Shown here: piece by piece, positions 20,691-29,383 of the stretch
Layout of the letters: each line of letters opens with the position of its first letter
Position numbering within the stretch: position 1 is the first letter of the stretch
Origin: Sedimentisphaerales bacterium
Lineage (GTDB): Bacteria; Planctomycetota; Phycisphaerae; Sedimentisphaerales; Anaerobacaceae
Length of the DNA stretch: 64,000 nt
Assembly (NCBI GenBank): GCA_040772485.1
Contig: JAXGYC010000008.1
Coordinates: 320,001-384,000 of the forward strand
Direction of reading: 5' to 3'
The notes under the pieces: model-generated
Database searches by the model: none
Seen by the model: only the letters and a program-made list of their open reading frames with translations
What the model was told of the DNA's origin: nothing
Position numbers and translations under genes: made by a program

Positions 20691-20882
20691 ATGGGCGCAC
20701 TATGGGAGATCGTGCAGAGCGGCCTGATGTACGGGCAATACCGCAAATCCGAATCCGTCGAGGAACGGGTGGAGGCCCTTGAGAGTCACCTGCGCGCCAC
20801 CCAGGACACGCTGCGAACTCTGGTCAAGAAGCTGGAGGAGCTTCACGGAATCGACATCGACCAGGACGGCAAGATCGGTTGA
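20691..20882 (+). CDS. Small coiled-coil protein with C-terminal DxDxDG Ca-binding-like motif
   Basis: AAGGAA RBS; 'VEERVEALE' heptads; 'DIDQDGKIG'. Confidence 0.7.
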   Translation: MGALWEIVQSGLMYGQYRKSESVEERVEALESHLRATQDTLRTLVKKLEELHGIDIDQDGKIG

Positions 20883-20922
20883 CGCGTCACGTGACACACC
20901 GGCACAGGTTTCTCTCGGGCGA

Positions 20923-21534
20923 TCAGTCCAGCCGGGTCAGGTAGATGTTGCGAAAGCGGTACTGTCCGCCGCCCGGCACCTCGGCCTGAAGCGCGATGTA
21001 ACCCGTCGCCGGGCCGGCCAGGCCATCCGCTTGCCAGGCGGGCACGCCGTTGATGACCAGCGAGGCTTTCGTGCCCTGCACGGTGAGTTTGAAAGCATTC
21101 CACTGCCCGGCTTTCGTCAGCCCTTCGCTTCGGGCCCCTTCCAGCGACGTGACGTTGCCTTCCTGGCCTTTGAGCAGATTGACCTGATGACGCTCGGGCC
21201 ACGGTTGGCCTTCGGGCACGGAATCGTAACGGAAGTAAACGCCGCTGTCCCACCGGTCCTGACGCAGGGCCTTCCACTCGAATTCGAGAACGAAGTCGCC
21301 GTACTGGTCCTGCGTCTGCACGAGGCCGTTGCCGGCGACGAGGAGGATGTCCCCATCGTCGACGGTCGCCTCGCACTTGAGGACCGTCCAGCCGTTCAGC
21401 GTCAGGCCGTCGAAGAGGGCCACGCGTTCGGCCTTCGGCGCCATCGAGTCTCTGTCCTTCTTCAGGCCGGCGCAGGAGGTCACCAGCGCCACGACCGCCA
21501 GAATCACCATGCTGTGCAACATCGACGTCTTCAT
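20923..21534 (-). CDS. DUF1080 (3-keto-disaccharide hydrolase) lipoprotein
   Basis: VTSC lipobox; LFDGLTLNGW, YGDFVLEFEWK, DSGVYFR, GYIALQ, FRNIY. Confidence 0.9.
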   Translation of the reverse strand: MKTSMLHSMVILAVVALVTSCAGLKKDRDSMAPKAERVALFDGLTLNGWTVLKCEATVDDGDILLVAGNGLVQTQDQYGDFVLEFEWKALRQDRWDSGVYFRYDSVPEGQPWPERHQVNLLKGQEGNVTSLEGARSEGLTKAGQWNAFKLTVQGTKASLVINGVPAWQADGLAGPATGYIALQAEVPGGGQYRFRNIYLTRLD

Positions 21535-21584
21535 ACGATCTCCCAGTTTTCCTACCTTGCGCCGGTGGCAGCCAGGCCCCGGAG

Positions 21585-21624
21585 CCATCCCCAATCCGCC
21601 TGCGGCGGATTGAAGCTGCCACAC
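21585..21624. repeat. GTGGCAGC...GATGG family repeat (single inverted copy)
   Basis: ccatccccaatccgcctgcggcggattgaagctgccacac. Confidence 0.7.
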
Positions 21625-21644
21625 GGCCGCCGTCGCGCGATGTC

Positions 21645-22133
21645 TTACATGTCGCCCTTGCCCTGTCGCGGCATGGCGATAGTCCCGGTCCGCGCGACGC
21701 TCTTGATGCCGTAGGGCTTGCAGACGTTGATGAACGCGTCGATCTTGGTCTCGGGTCCGCTGACCTCGACCATGATGGACTTGAGGCCGATGTCGACGAC
21801 CCGACCACGGAACATCTCGATCAGCGCGAAGATCTCCGGCCGCTTCTCCGGCGGCGCCGAAACCGTGATCAGCATGAGGTCGCGCGCGACCACCGGCTGA
21901 CCCGCGAAGTCCTGGACTTTCACGACCGGGACGATCTTGGCCAGTTGCTTGCGCACCTGCTCGAGGACCTTGTCGTCGCCGATGACGACGATCGTCATGC
22001 GGCTGAGATCGGGGTCCTCGGTGCGTCCGACGACCAGCGAATCGATGTTGAACGCGCGTGCCGCGAACATCCCTGCGACATGGGCCAGGACGCCCGGCTT
22101 GTTTTCGACGAGAGCACTAATTATGTGTTTCAT
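21645..22133 (-). CDS. ilvN: Acetolactate synthase small (regulatory) subunit
   Basis: ENKPGVL..AGMFAARAFNIDSL ACT domain; ARTG. Confidence 0.96.
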   Translation of the reverse strand: MKHIISALVENKPGVLAHVAGMFAARAFNIDSLVVGRTEDPDLSRMTIVVIGDDKVLEQVRKQLAKIVPVVKVQDFAGQPVVARDLMLITVSAPPEKRPEIFALIEMFRGRVVDIGLKSIMVEVSGPETKIDAFINVCKPYGIKSVARTGTIAMPRQGKGDM

Positions 22134-22160
22134 GAAAAACCCCGCTTTCTGTGCAGTCGG

Positions 22161-23891
22161 TTAGATGAGTCGTTCGAGAATATCCAGGCCATCCATTTCG
22201 TTGAGGCTCTTGCCCGCCGGAACCATCGGCCAGACGTTCTCCTCGGCCTCGACGTGGAAGTTCACCACGCAAGGCTTCTTCTCCGCGAGCATCCGCTCGA
22301 TGACCTTGGGGATGTCCTCTTTCTTGTCCACAGTGATCCCTACCGCGCCCATAGCCTGGGCGACGGCGGCATAGTCGGGGTTCTTCAGATAACTACAGGC
22401 GTAGCGCCGGCCGTAGAACAGTTCCTGCCACTGGCGCACCATGCCCATGTAGCCGTTGTTCATCAGGCAGACCTTGATCGGCAGTTCGTATTGGACCGCG
22501 GTCGCCAGCTCGGTCATGGTCATGTTGAAGCTGTGGTCGCCGTCGATGTCGATGACGGTGGCGTCCGGCCTGGCGATCTGGGCGCCGATGGCCGCCGGCA
22601 GACCAAAGCCCATCGTGCCCAGCCCGCCGGAGGTGATGAACTGGCGAGGCTTGATGAACCGGTAGAACTGCGCCGCCCACATCTGGTGCTGACCGACGCC
22701 GGTCGCGATGATCGCATCGTTCTTCGTCTGGCGGCACAGCTCTTCGATAATGTACTGCGGTTTGATCCGGCCGGAGTTGCCGTCGTACTTGAACGGGAAC
22801 TTCTTCTTCCACTCGGCGATCCGGGCGAACCACGCCTCGCGCGGCCGATGCTCGACCTCCTTGGTCAACTCCGCCAGGATATGCTTAGCGTCGCCGACCA
22901 CCGGGATGTCGACGTGGACGTTCTTGGAGATGCTGGCCGGGTCGATGTCGATGTGGATGATCTTCGCATTCGGCGCAAACGTGCTCAGCTTGCCGGTGAC
23001 GCGATCGTCGAAACGGGCGCCGACCGCGATCAGCAGATCGGCCTCCTGGACCGCGTAGTTGGCATACGCCGAACCGTGCATGCCGAGCATGTCCAGCGAC
23101 TCAGGATGTCTCTGGTCGATGCTTCCCAGCCCCAGCAGCGTCATCGTCACGGGCAGATGCGCCTTCTCGGCGAAGGCACGCAGCTCTTCGGCCGCGTTGG
23201 CGATAATGACTCCGCCTCCAACGTACAGCACGGGACGTTGCGACATGTTGATTGCCTCGGCGGCCGTCGAGATCTGCCGGGCATGGCCCTTGGTGCGGAT
23301 CTTGTATCCCGGAAGGTCGATCTGCGCCTTCCCGTTGCCGCGATGCTTGCTGACCTCCACGTCGACGGGCAGATCGATCAGGACAGGCCCGGGCCGCCCG
23401 GTCGAGGCAATGTGAAACGCCTCGCGAATCGTGCGCTCCAGATCCCTGACGTCCTTGACGATGCAGTTGTACTTCGTGATCGGCCGGGTGATCCCCGTGG
23501 TGTCGGCCTCCTGAAAGGCATCGTTGCCGATCAGCTCGGTGCGGACTTGTCCCGTCAAGGCAACCATGGGGATCGAATCCATCATCGCGGTGGCCAGACC
23601 GGTGACCAGGTTGCACGCGCCGGGCCCGCTGGTGGCCAGAACCACGCCGACCTTGCCGCTGGCACGGGCATAGGCGTCGGCCATATGGCAGCCGCCCTGC
23701 TCATGACGCGGGACGAAGAATCGGATCGGGGCGTCGTAGAGCCGGTCAAACAGCGGCAGAACCACTCCGCCGGTGTAGCCGAACATGACTTCGACCCCGA
23801 GATCGACGAGCGTGTCGACGATGATCTGGGCGCCGGTGCGTTCCGGCAGGTTCTCGGCAACGGGGGCCGATTCAGGCGAATTCGATGGCAT
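22161..23891 (-). CDS. ilvB: Acetolactate synthase large subunit (copy 1)
   Basis: [37 protein letters not shown] ThDP motif. Confidence 0.96.
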   Translation of the reverse strand: MPSNSPESAPVAENLPERTGAQIIVDTLVDLGVEVMFGYTGGVVLPLFDRLYDAPIRFFVPRHEQGGCHMADAYARASGKVGVVLATSGPGACNLVTGLATAMMDSIPMVALTGQVRTELIGNDAFQEADTTGITRPITKYNCIVKDVRDLERTIREAFHIASTGRPGPVLIDLPVDVEVSKHRGNGKAQIDLPGYKIRTKGHARQISTAAEAINMSQRPVLYVGGGVIIANAAEELRAFAEKAHLPVTMTLLGLGSIDQRHPESLDMLGMHGSAYANYAVQEADLLIAVGARFDDRVTGKLSTFAPNAKIIHIDIDPASISKNVHVDIPVVGDAKHILAELTKEVEHRPREAWFARIAEWKKKFPFKYDGNSGRIKPQYIIEELCRQTKNDAIIATGVGQHQMWAAQFYRFIKPRQFITSGGLGTMGFGLPAAIGAQIARPDATVIDIDGDHSFNMTMTELATAVQYELPIKVCLMNNGYMGMVRQWQELFYGRRYACSYLKNPDYAAVAQAMGAVGITVDKKEDIPKVIERMLAEKKPCVVNFHVEAEENVWPMVPAGKSLNEMDGLDILERLI

Positions 23892-24016
23892 TTTCGATCT
23901 CCTTTCCCATCAGCACGACACCGGGGGTTACCCGCGTCGTGACTTTCTACTGTGGCACGGCAGGCCCTTCGGCAGCCTATCCGACAGGACCTGCGCTCCG
24001 GGCGAACACCCGGAGC

Positions 24017-25747
24017 CTACACGGCGCCGGCAGGCAACGGCAGCCCTTCCATCTCGTGGAGGCCCTTGCCGGCCGGAACCATCGGCCAGACATTCTCATG
24101 GGCCTCGACGTGAAAATCAACTACGCAGGGGTTTTTCTGGGCCAGCATCCGATCGATCGCGGCCCCGACACCGGCCTTGACATCCACGGTGATCCCCGTC
24201 GCGCCGACCGCCCGAGCGTACGCGGCGTAATCCGGGTTGCTCACGCGGCTGTGAACGTAACGCCGATCGTAGAACAGCTCCTGCCATTGGCGAACCATCC
24301 CCATGTATCCATTGTTGAGGATGCATATCTTGATCGGGAGCTGGGCCTGGACGGCCGTCGACAGCTCGGACAGCGTCATGTTGAAACTGTGGTCGCCGTC
24401 GATGTCGATGACCGTGGCCTCGGGCCGGGCCAGTTGCGCGCCGATGGCGGCCGGAAGGCCGAAGCCCATCGTCCCCAGGCCGCCCGAGGTGATCAGTTGC
24501 CGGCCTCGCCGGAACCGGTAGAACTGAGCGGCCCACATCTGGTGCTGGCCGACGCCGGTGGTGATGATGGCCTCGCCGCTCGTCCGCCGGCACAATTCCT
24601 CGATGACGTATTGCGGCTTGATTGCTGACGCCGCGCGATCGAAGTCCGGGGTCCACGCATCCTTCCATGCGGAGATTTGCGCGAACCATGCGGCCCTCTC
24701 ACGGAACCTGACGTGGCGAGCCAGCCCCGAAAGGACGGTCTTGGCGTCGCCCACGATGGGGATGTCCACGCGAACGAGCTTCGCGATGCTCGCCGGATCG
24801 ATATCGATGTGAATCACCCGGGCCTTGGGAGCGAAGCTCCTGACGTCGCCGGTGACGCGGTCGTCGAACCGCACGCCGACGGCGATCAGAAGGTCGCACT
24901 CCTGAACCGCGTAGTTGGCGTACGCGGTTCCGTGCATGCCGAGCATGTCCAGAGACTCGGGCAAGGTCTGCTCGTAGCTGCCCAGTCCCATCAGCGTCAT
25001 GGCGACCGGCAGGTTGGCCTTGCGGGCCAATTCTCTCAGCTCGCCTGTGGCGTTGCCGCTGATGACTCCGCCGCCGGCCAGGAGGACGGGGCGCTGAGCC
25101 TGATCGATGGCTTCGGCGGCTTGGACAATCTCCGTCGTATCGCCGACCGTGCAGACCTTGTAGCCGGGCAGATCGATCTGAGGCGTGGGTTCAGACTGAC
25201 ATGCGGCGAATTCGAGGTCCACGGGCAGGTCGATCAGGACAGGTCCGGGCCGACCGGTCGAGGCGATGTAGAAAGCCTCGTGGATCGTGCGAGCCAACTC
25301 CTTGATGTCCTTGACGATGTAGTTGTGCTTCGTCACGGGACGTGTGATCCCGACCATCGGGGCTTCCTGGAACGCATCACCGCCGATCAGGTCGGTTCGG
25401 ACCTGCCCGGTGATGGCCACCAGCGGGACCGAATCCATCATCGCGGTGGCCAGACCCGTCACGAGGTTGCACGCGCCCGGGCCGCTGGTGGCGATAACAA
25501 CGCCCGTCCTGCCGCTGGCACGGGCGTAGGCGTCGGCCATGTGGCAGCCGCCCTGCTCGTGACAGGGTACGACGAAACGAATCGGCGCCGCGTGCAAACG
25601 ATCGAACAGGGGCAGCACGGAGGCGCCGATATAGCCGAAAACGGTGTCGACGCCGTGCGCAAGTAACGCATCGACAACAACTTGGGCGCCGGTTCTGCAG
25701 GCTGGAGGTGCGGCCGGTCCGGCCGAGACAGGGTGCTCAGACGACAT
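24017..25747 (-). CDS. ilvB: Acetolactate synthase large subunit (copy 2)
   Basis: Same motifs; tandem paralogue, also 576 aa. Confidence 0.93.
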   Translation of the reverse strand: MSSEHPVSAGPAAPPACRTGAQVVVDALLAHGVDTVFGYIGASVLPLFDRLHAAPIRFVVPCHEQGGCHMADAYARASGRTGVVIATSGPGACNLVTGLATAMMDSVPLVAITGQVRTDLIGGDAFQEAPMVGITRPVTKHNYIVKDIKELARTIHEAFYIASTGRPGPVLIDLPVDLEFAACQSEPTPQIDLPGYKVCTVGDTTEIVQAAEAIDQAQRPVLLAGGGVISGNATGELRELARKANLPVAMTLMGLGSYEQTLPESLDMLGMHGTAYANYAVQECDLLIAVGVRFDDRVTGDVRSFAPKARVIHIDIDPASIAKLVRVDIPIVGDAKTVLSGLARHVRFRERAAWFAQISAWKDAWTPDFDRAASAIKPQYVIEELCRRTSGEAIITTGVGQHQMWAAQFYRFRRGRQLITSGGLGTMGFGLPAAIGAQLARPEATVIDIDGDHSFNMTLSELSTAVQAQLPIKICILNNGYMGMVRQWQELFYDRRYVHSRVSNPDYAAYARAVGATGITVDVKAGVGAAIDRMLAQKNPCVVDFHVEAHENVWPMVPAGKGLHEMEGLPLPAGAV

Positions 25748-25973
25748 ACGCTATTTCCTTTCCCGATCAACACGTCGGGCTCCTACCGTCAGGGGCCCTT
25801 TGGTCATTCCGGTGGACCGTGGCTTCGAGAGGCTCCTCCCGGCGACCAACCGCTCTTGCTCTGAAAAGCGGCCGATGCACCCGGAGATACGTGCTCTGCC
25901 ACGACCCCGTAACCATCCCAGACAAACTGGGATGCACCAGGATCATTCACCCGCGCTCATGCACGGAACACAT

Positions 25974-26002
25974 ACCATACGAATGTCGGCTCGTATTGTC
26001 AA
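25974..26002 (-). promoter_or_regulatory. Sigma70-like promoter for the ilv operon
   Basis: TTGACA-17 bp-TATGGT on minus strand. Confidence 0.6.
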
Positions 26003-26236
26003 GCGCTTTCGCGATCCAGGTCAGAAATCTACGTATTTCTACTTATGTCCGGCTTGGGGCCAGGACGATGCTAATAGGAGGACAAGGCATCATGGTTCGG
26101 CTGACTCACGCCGTCTATTATCGGAAGGTCTTTATAGCCTTTGGCTTGCAATCGTCGAGCCCTATGCTATAATGGGCTCGGTCGTGATGCGTGTTCTTCG
26201 CATTGCGGTCCGAGTGGGGTTTGGAGCAAGAAAACG

Positions 26237-26776
26237 GTGGCAGAATACTCTCAGAACGGCATCTCTGGAAAAGCGGCCGTCGATGCGGCGTGGGTCCTCT
26301 TCCGTGAACACGGCGCATTCATTCGCGCCGTCATTCGTTTCCAGGCCAAGAATGAGTTTCAGGAAGACGACCTGTATCAGCAGTTGTTTCTCTCGCTGGT
26401 GAGCAGGCCCATGCCCCCAGAGGTCGAGAACGTCAAGAGCTATCTTTATCGGGCCATTGCCAACGATATTGTCGATACGGCGCGGCAGAAGGCCCGCCAG
26501 CGGAAGCATTTTGAAAAACTTGCCGAAGAATTTCGGAATTCCATCCACAAAGAGGCACCGGCGGACGCTTTCCTGGGAGTAGGTGATGGCGATGCCGCGC
26601 TCGCGTGCCTGACCCGCCATTTGCGCAAGAGAGAGGCGCAGGCTGTCGTTATGCGGTACCAGGATGATCGGAGCATCCCGGAGATCGCGCGCGTGATGGG
26701 CGTTGACAGGCGGACTGTCAGCCACTATCTGGCCGCAGCGCTGAGGCAGTTGAGGAGAATGTGTGCAATTGAATGA
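26237..26776 (+). CDS. ECF sigma-70 factor
   Basis: EDDLYQQLFL, SYLYRAIANDIVD, SIPEIARVMG..RTVSHYL; GTG start with GGAG. Confidence 0.85.
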   Translation: MAEYSQNGISGKAAVDAAWVLFREHGAFIRAVIRFQAKNEFQEDDLYQQLFLSLVSRPMPPEVENVKSYLYRAIANDIVDTARQKARQRKHFEKLAEEFRNSIHKEAPADAFLGVGDGDAALACLTRHLRKREAQAVVMRYQDDRSIPEIARVMGVDRRTVSHYLAAALRQLRRMCAIE

Positions 26777-26785
26777 GGGATAGGG

Positions 26786-28453
26786 ATGGTTGCGTTCGAC
26801 GGAAGCGAGTCGTGTCGAGAGGCGGAAGCGTACTACCATGATTATCTCCAGGATCCACGGGATCCTTCCGTTCCGCGGTCTGTAGCAGACCACATTGAGG
26901 GGTGCGCCTACTGCCAAGGCCGGGTCCGGTCGCTTCGTGAAGCGCTGTGCGGCCTGGACAGGAGTCCGCAGCCGACGCCGGCCGAAAGGGATCTGCGACT
27001 CATCGATGAACTCCAGTCGCATTTCGAATACGTCGATGAGCCACTCGCTTGCGCGCAGGTCAAGCCGTTTCTGTGCCGCCTTCTGTCTCCATCCGTAAGG
27101 ATCCGGATACCGACGCCAATCACGGTCCACATCGACCAATGTGCCGCCTGTGCGAAGGATCTCGAATCGCTCAGGCAGCTCGATCTTGACGCCGAGCGGT
27201 TGGCCCGCCTGGGGGCGCTCCTGGAGCAGCATCGACAGGAGGACCCCTGCCTGTGCCTGCGAGCGCGGTCGCATGCGGCTGCTCTGGCCTTGCTCTCGCC
27301 TGAGAGCATGTCACCGGAGATCCTCGACCACGTGTGCATGTGCGCGCATTGCCGCCACGAGGTGTATCGCCACCGGCAGCATCTTCTCGACCACGCTCGG
27401 CCCTCGCAGCCCCAGACCAGATTGTCAGTATGCGAACAGATCACGACGTCCGATTTGTTGGATTGGGCCGTTCCGTGTGGGCTGCGGCCTGAGTTCTTCT
27501 GGACGGAACGGCAACAGGCCCTTCGCGAGCACATCCGTTCCTGTCCGTTGTGCCTGGAGAGAATGCAGCAGATTCATCGCGTCGTCGCGGACATTGCCGA
27601 GCGGGCCGATTCCGGCGTCACCACGGTGTACGCCCCGGAAGACTACGCGGAAATGCCTTTCGACGACGCAGGGACGACCTCTTCTGAAATCTGCCCGCTC
27701 GACGTCCAGGTCGCTCGTCGTGACATAGCGGTTGCTTCGAAGTCTCTCGGAATCGCAGGCCGTCTGAAACGTCGGGTCTCCGGAACGGCAAGCGATCCGC
27801 TTGCCAGGATCGCTTTCCTGGCGGCGGCGATGATCCCGCTGGCAGTTCTGTTCGTCCGGAGCCTGCCGGCGGCGTCCGCGCTGAGTATCCGCCAGGTCGA
27901 CCGCGTCCTGGCCAAGGCCCAAACCGTGCACGTGTCGGTGTTCGGGCAAGACAAGGCCGAACCCATCCAGCAGTTGTGGATTTCCCGCGCCGAGGGGCTG
28001 GTCATATCCGAGCTGGCGTCGGAGCGCATGATTCACAATTTGCGCAGCGGTCAGACGACGATCATCCCGGCCGCGCGAGGGACGTTCGAACACGTGGAAC
28101 TGGACCGCAGCGAACGTGAGAAGATCGAGCGCTCGGCACGTCGCTTCCTGGAATTCTCACTGGACAACGCTCCCCTGGACGCAGAAATGACCTTCCGGCC
28201 GGAGGCTGTTTCGCCGGCCGATGTCGGACTCGAAATATACGAACTGGCTTGGGACCAAGCGTCTGATATCGGAACGTCGCTGCCCAGAAGACTGCGGCTC
28301 TACATCGATCCTGTCACGAGGCTGCCTCTTCGACAGGAGTTCTCGTCGTGGGTCCTTGCCATAAACGCATGGCGTGTGCAGACGACCGTGTACGAGTATC
28401 CGGATGAGGAGAAGATCGAGGCGCGCCGTCAGGCGCTGCTGTCGGCAAATTAA
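26786..28453 (+). CDS. Membrane-anchored anti-sigma-like protein with four ZAS (HxxxCxxC) motifs and extracytoplasmic C-domain
   Basis: HIEGCAYC, HIDQCAAC, HVCMCAHC, HIRSCPLC; one TM (IAFLAAAMIPLAVLFV); 9 nt after the ECF gene. Confidence 0.8.
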   Translation: MVAFDGSESCREAEAYYHDYLQDPRDPSVPRSVADHIEGCAYCQGRVRSLREALCGLDRSPQPTPAERDLRLIDELQSHFEYVDEPLACAQVKPFLCRLLSPSVRIRIPTPITVHIDQCAACAKDLESLRQLDLDAERLARLGALLEQHRQEDPCLCLRARSHAAALALLSPESMSPEILDHVCMCAHCRHEVYRHRQHLLDHARPSQPQTRLSVCEQITTSDLLDWAVPCGLRPEFFWTERQQALREHIRSCPLCLERMQQIHRVVADIAERADSGVTTVYAPEDYAEMPFDDAGTTSSEICPLDVQVARRDIAVASKSLGIAGRLKRRVSGTASDPLARIAFLAAAMIPLAVLFVRSLPAASALSIRQVDRVLAKAQTVHVSVFGQDKAEPIQQLWISRAEGLVISELASERMIHNLRSGQTTIIPAARGTFEHVELDRSEREKIERSARRFLEFSLDNAPLDAEMTFRPEAVSPADVGLEIYELAWDQASDIGTSLPRRLRLYIDPVTRLPLRQEFSSWVLAINAWRVQTTVYEYPDEEKIEARRQALLSAN

Positions 28454-28460
28454 CGCCGTC

Positions 28461-29279
28461 TTACCTGGGCTCCCACAGAGGGGTCCGATTGTGGTACGTC
28501 TTCTCGTCGGCCTGGCCCACCGTCTCCACCTCGAGCGCCGACGCCTCCATGCGGTCCACATGACCATCGGCAAACCCGACGTTTACGGTCTTGTTGGCGT
28601 GCCGCCCGCCGATGGCGTCGTCGATCTGTGCGGGGAGCAACTCCCTGTCTGCATTGATCGCAAGACCCGGCACATACGCCGTGCCAACCGGCGCGCTGCC
28701 GGAGTAGCGTTTGGGAGGCTCCGCCGTGACATCCCACCAACAGATGAGCGCATATCCGCTGTCCACGAGCAAGAGGGTCGAGCCCGGGTGACGGATCTCG
28801 CTCGTCGACAGCGGAGGCCCCGGAAACCCCTGGCGGTAAGGAGCGATGTCGGCGGCGCTGCGGCACAGAGACCGATTGACGCCGTAGTTGCCCCACAGGA
28901 TGTCCTCGGACAACCCCGACTCCTGGAGCTGTCTTGACGGACACTCCAGAATCTTCCTGTCTCGTTGAGACTGATGGCGAACCGCACCGATGAAATTCGG
29001 CCAGTACCAGCCCGGCATATCATACCGGGAATCGCAGATGTATCCGCCGGGCGGGGGCGGCCGCATCGCCCAGATTCCATACGGCAGCGTCTCGTGTTCC
29101 GCTTCGTACTGATGGAACTCGATGGCCAACTCACGGATATGCGCCTGGCACACCGTCGCCCTGGCCTGTTCGCGAGCGCTCTGGAAGACCGGCAGCAGCA
29201 GCGCCGCCAGCATCGCGATGACCGCGATGACGACGAGCAGCTCGACCAGCGTGAGACCTCGGAACCTCATGGCCTGCAT
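28461..29279 (-). CDS. Prepilin-type N-terminal cleavage/methylation protein with H-X9-DG-like C-domain (DUF1559-like)
   Basis: G|LTLVELLVVIAVIAMLAALLLP, AREQAR..VC, LECPS, NYGVN, RH..TVNVGFADGHV. Confidence 0.88.
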   Translation of the reverse strand: MQAMRFRGLTLVELLVVIAVIAMLAALLLPVFQSAREQARATVCQAHIRELAIEFHQYEAEHETLPYGIWAMRPPPPGGYICDSRYDMPGWYWPNFIGAVRHQSQRDRKILECPSRQLQESGLSEDILWGNYGVNRSLCRSAADIAPYRQGFPGPPLSTSEIRHPGSTLLLVDSGYALICWWDVTAEPPKRYSGSAPVGTAYVPGLAINADRELLPAQIDDAIGGRHANKTVNVGFADGHVDRMEASALEVETVGQADEKTYHNRTPLWEPR

Positions 29280-29383
29280 TGTAGAGCCGGCAACGCCTGC
29301 GTCAATCGCGGAGCACCCGACGCGAGCAGGCGAGGACGGTTGCCTCTTCGCCTGCTCGCCGCCGCGCGGCACATCAGACGACT

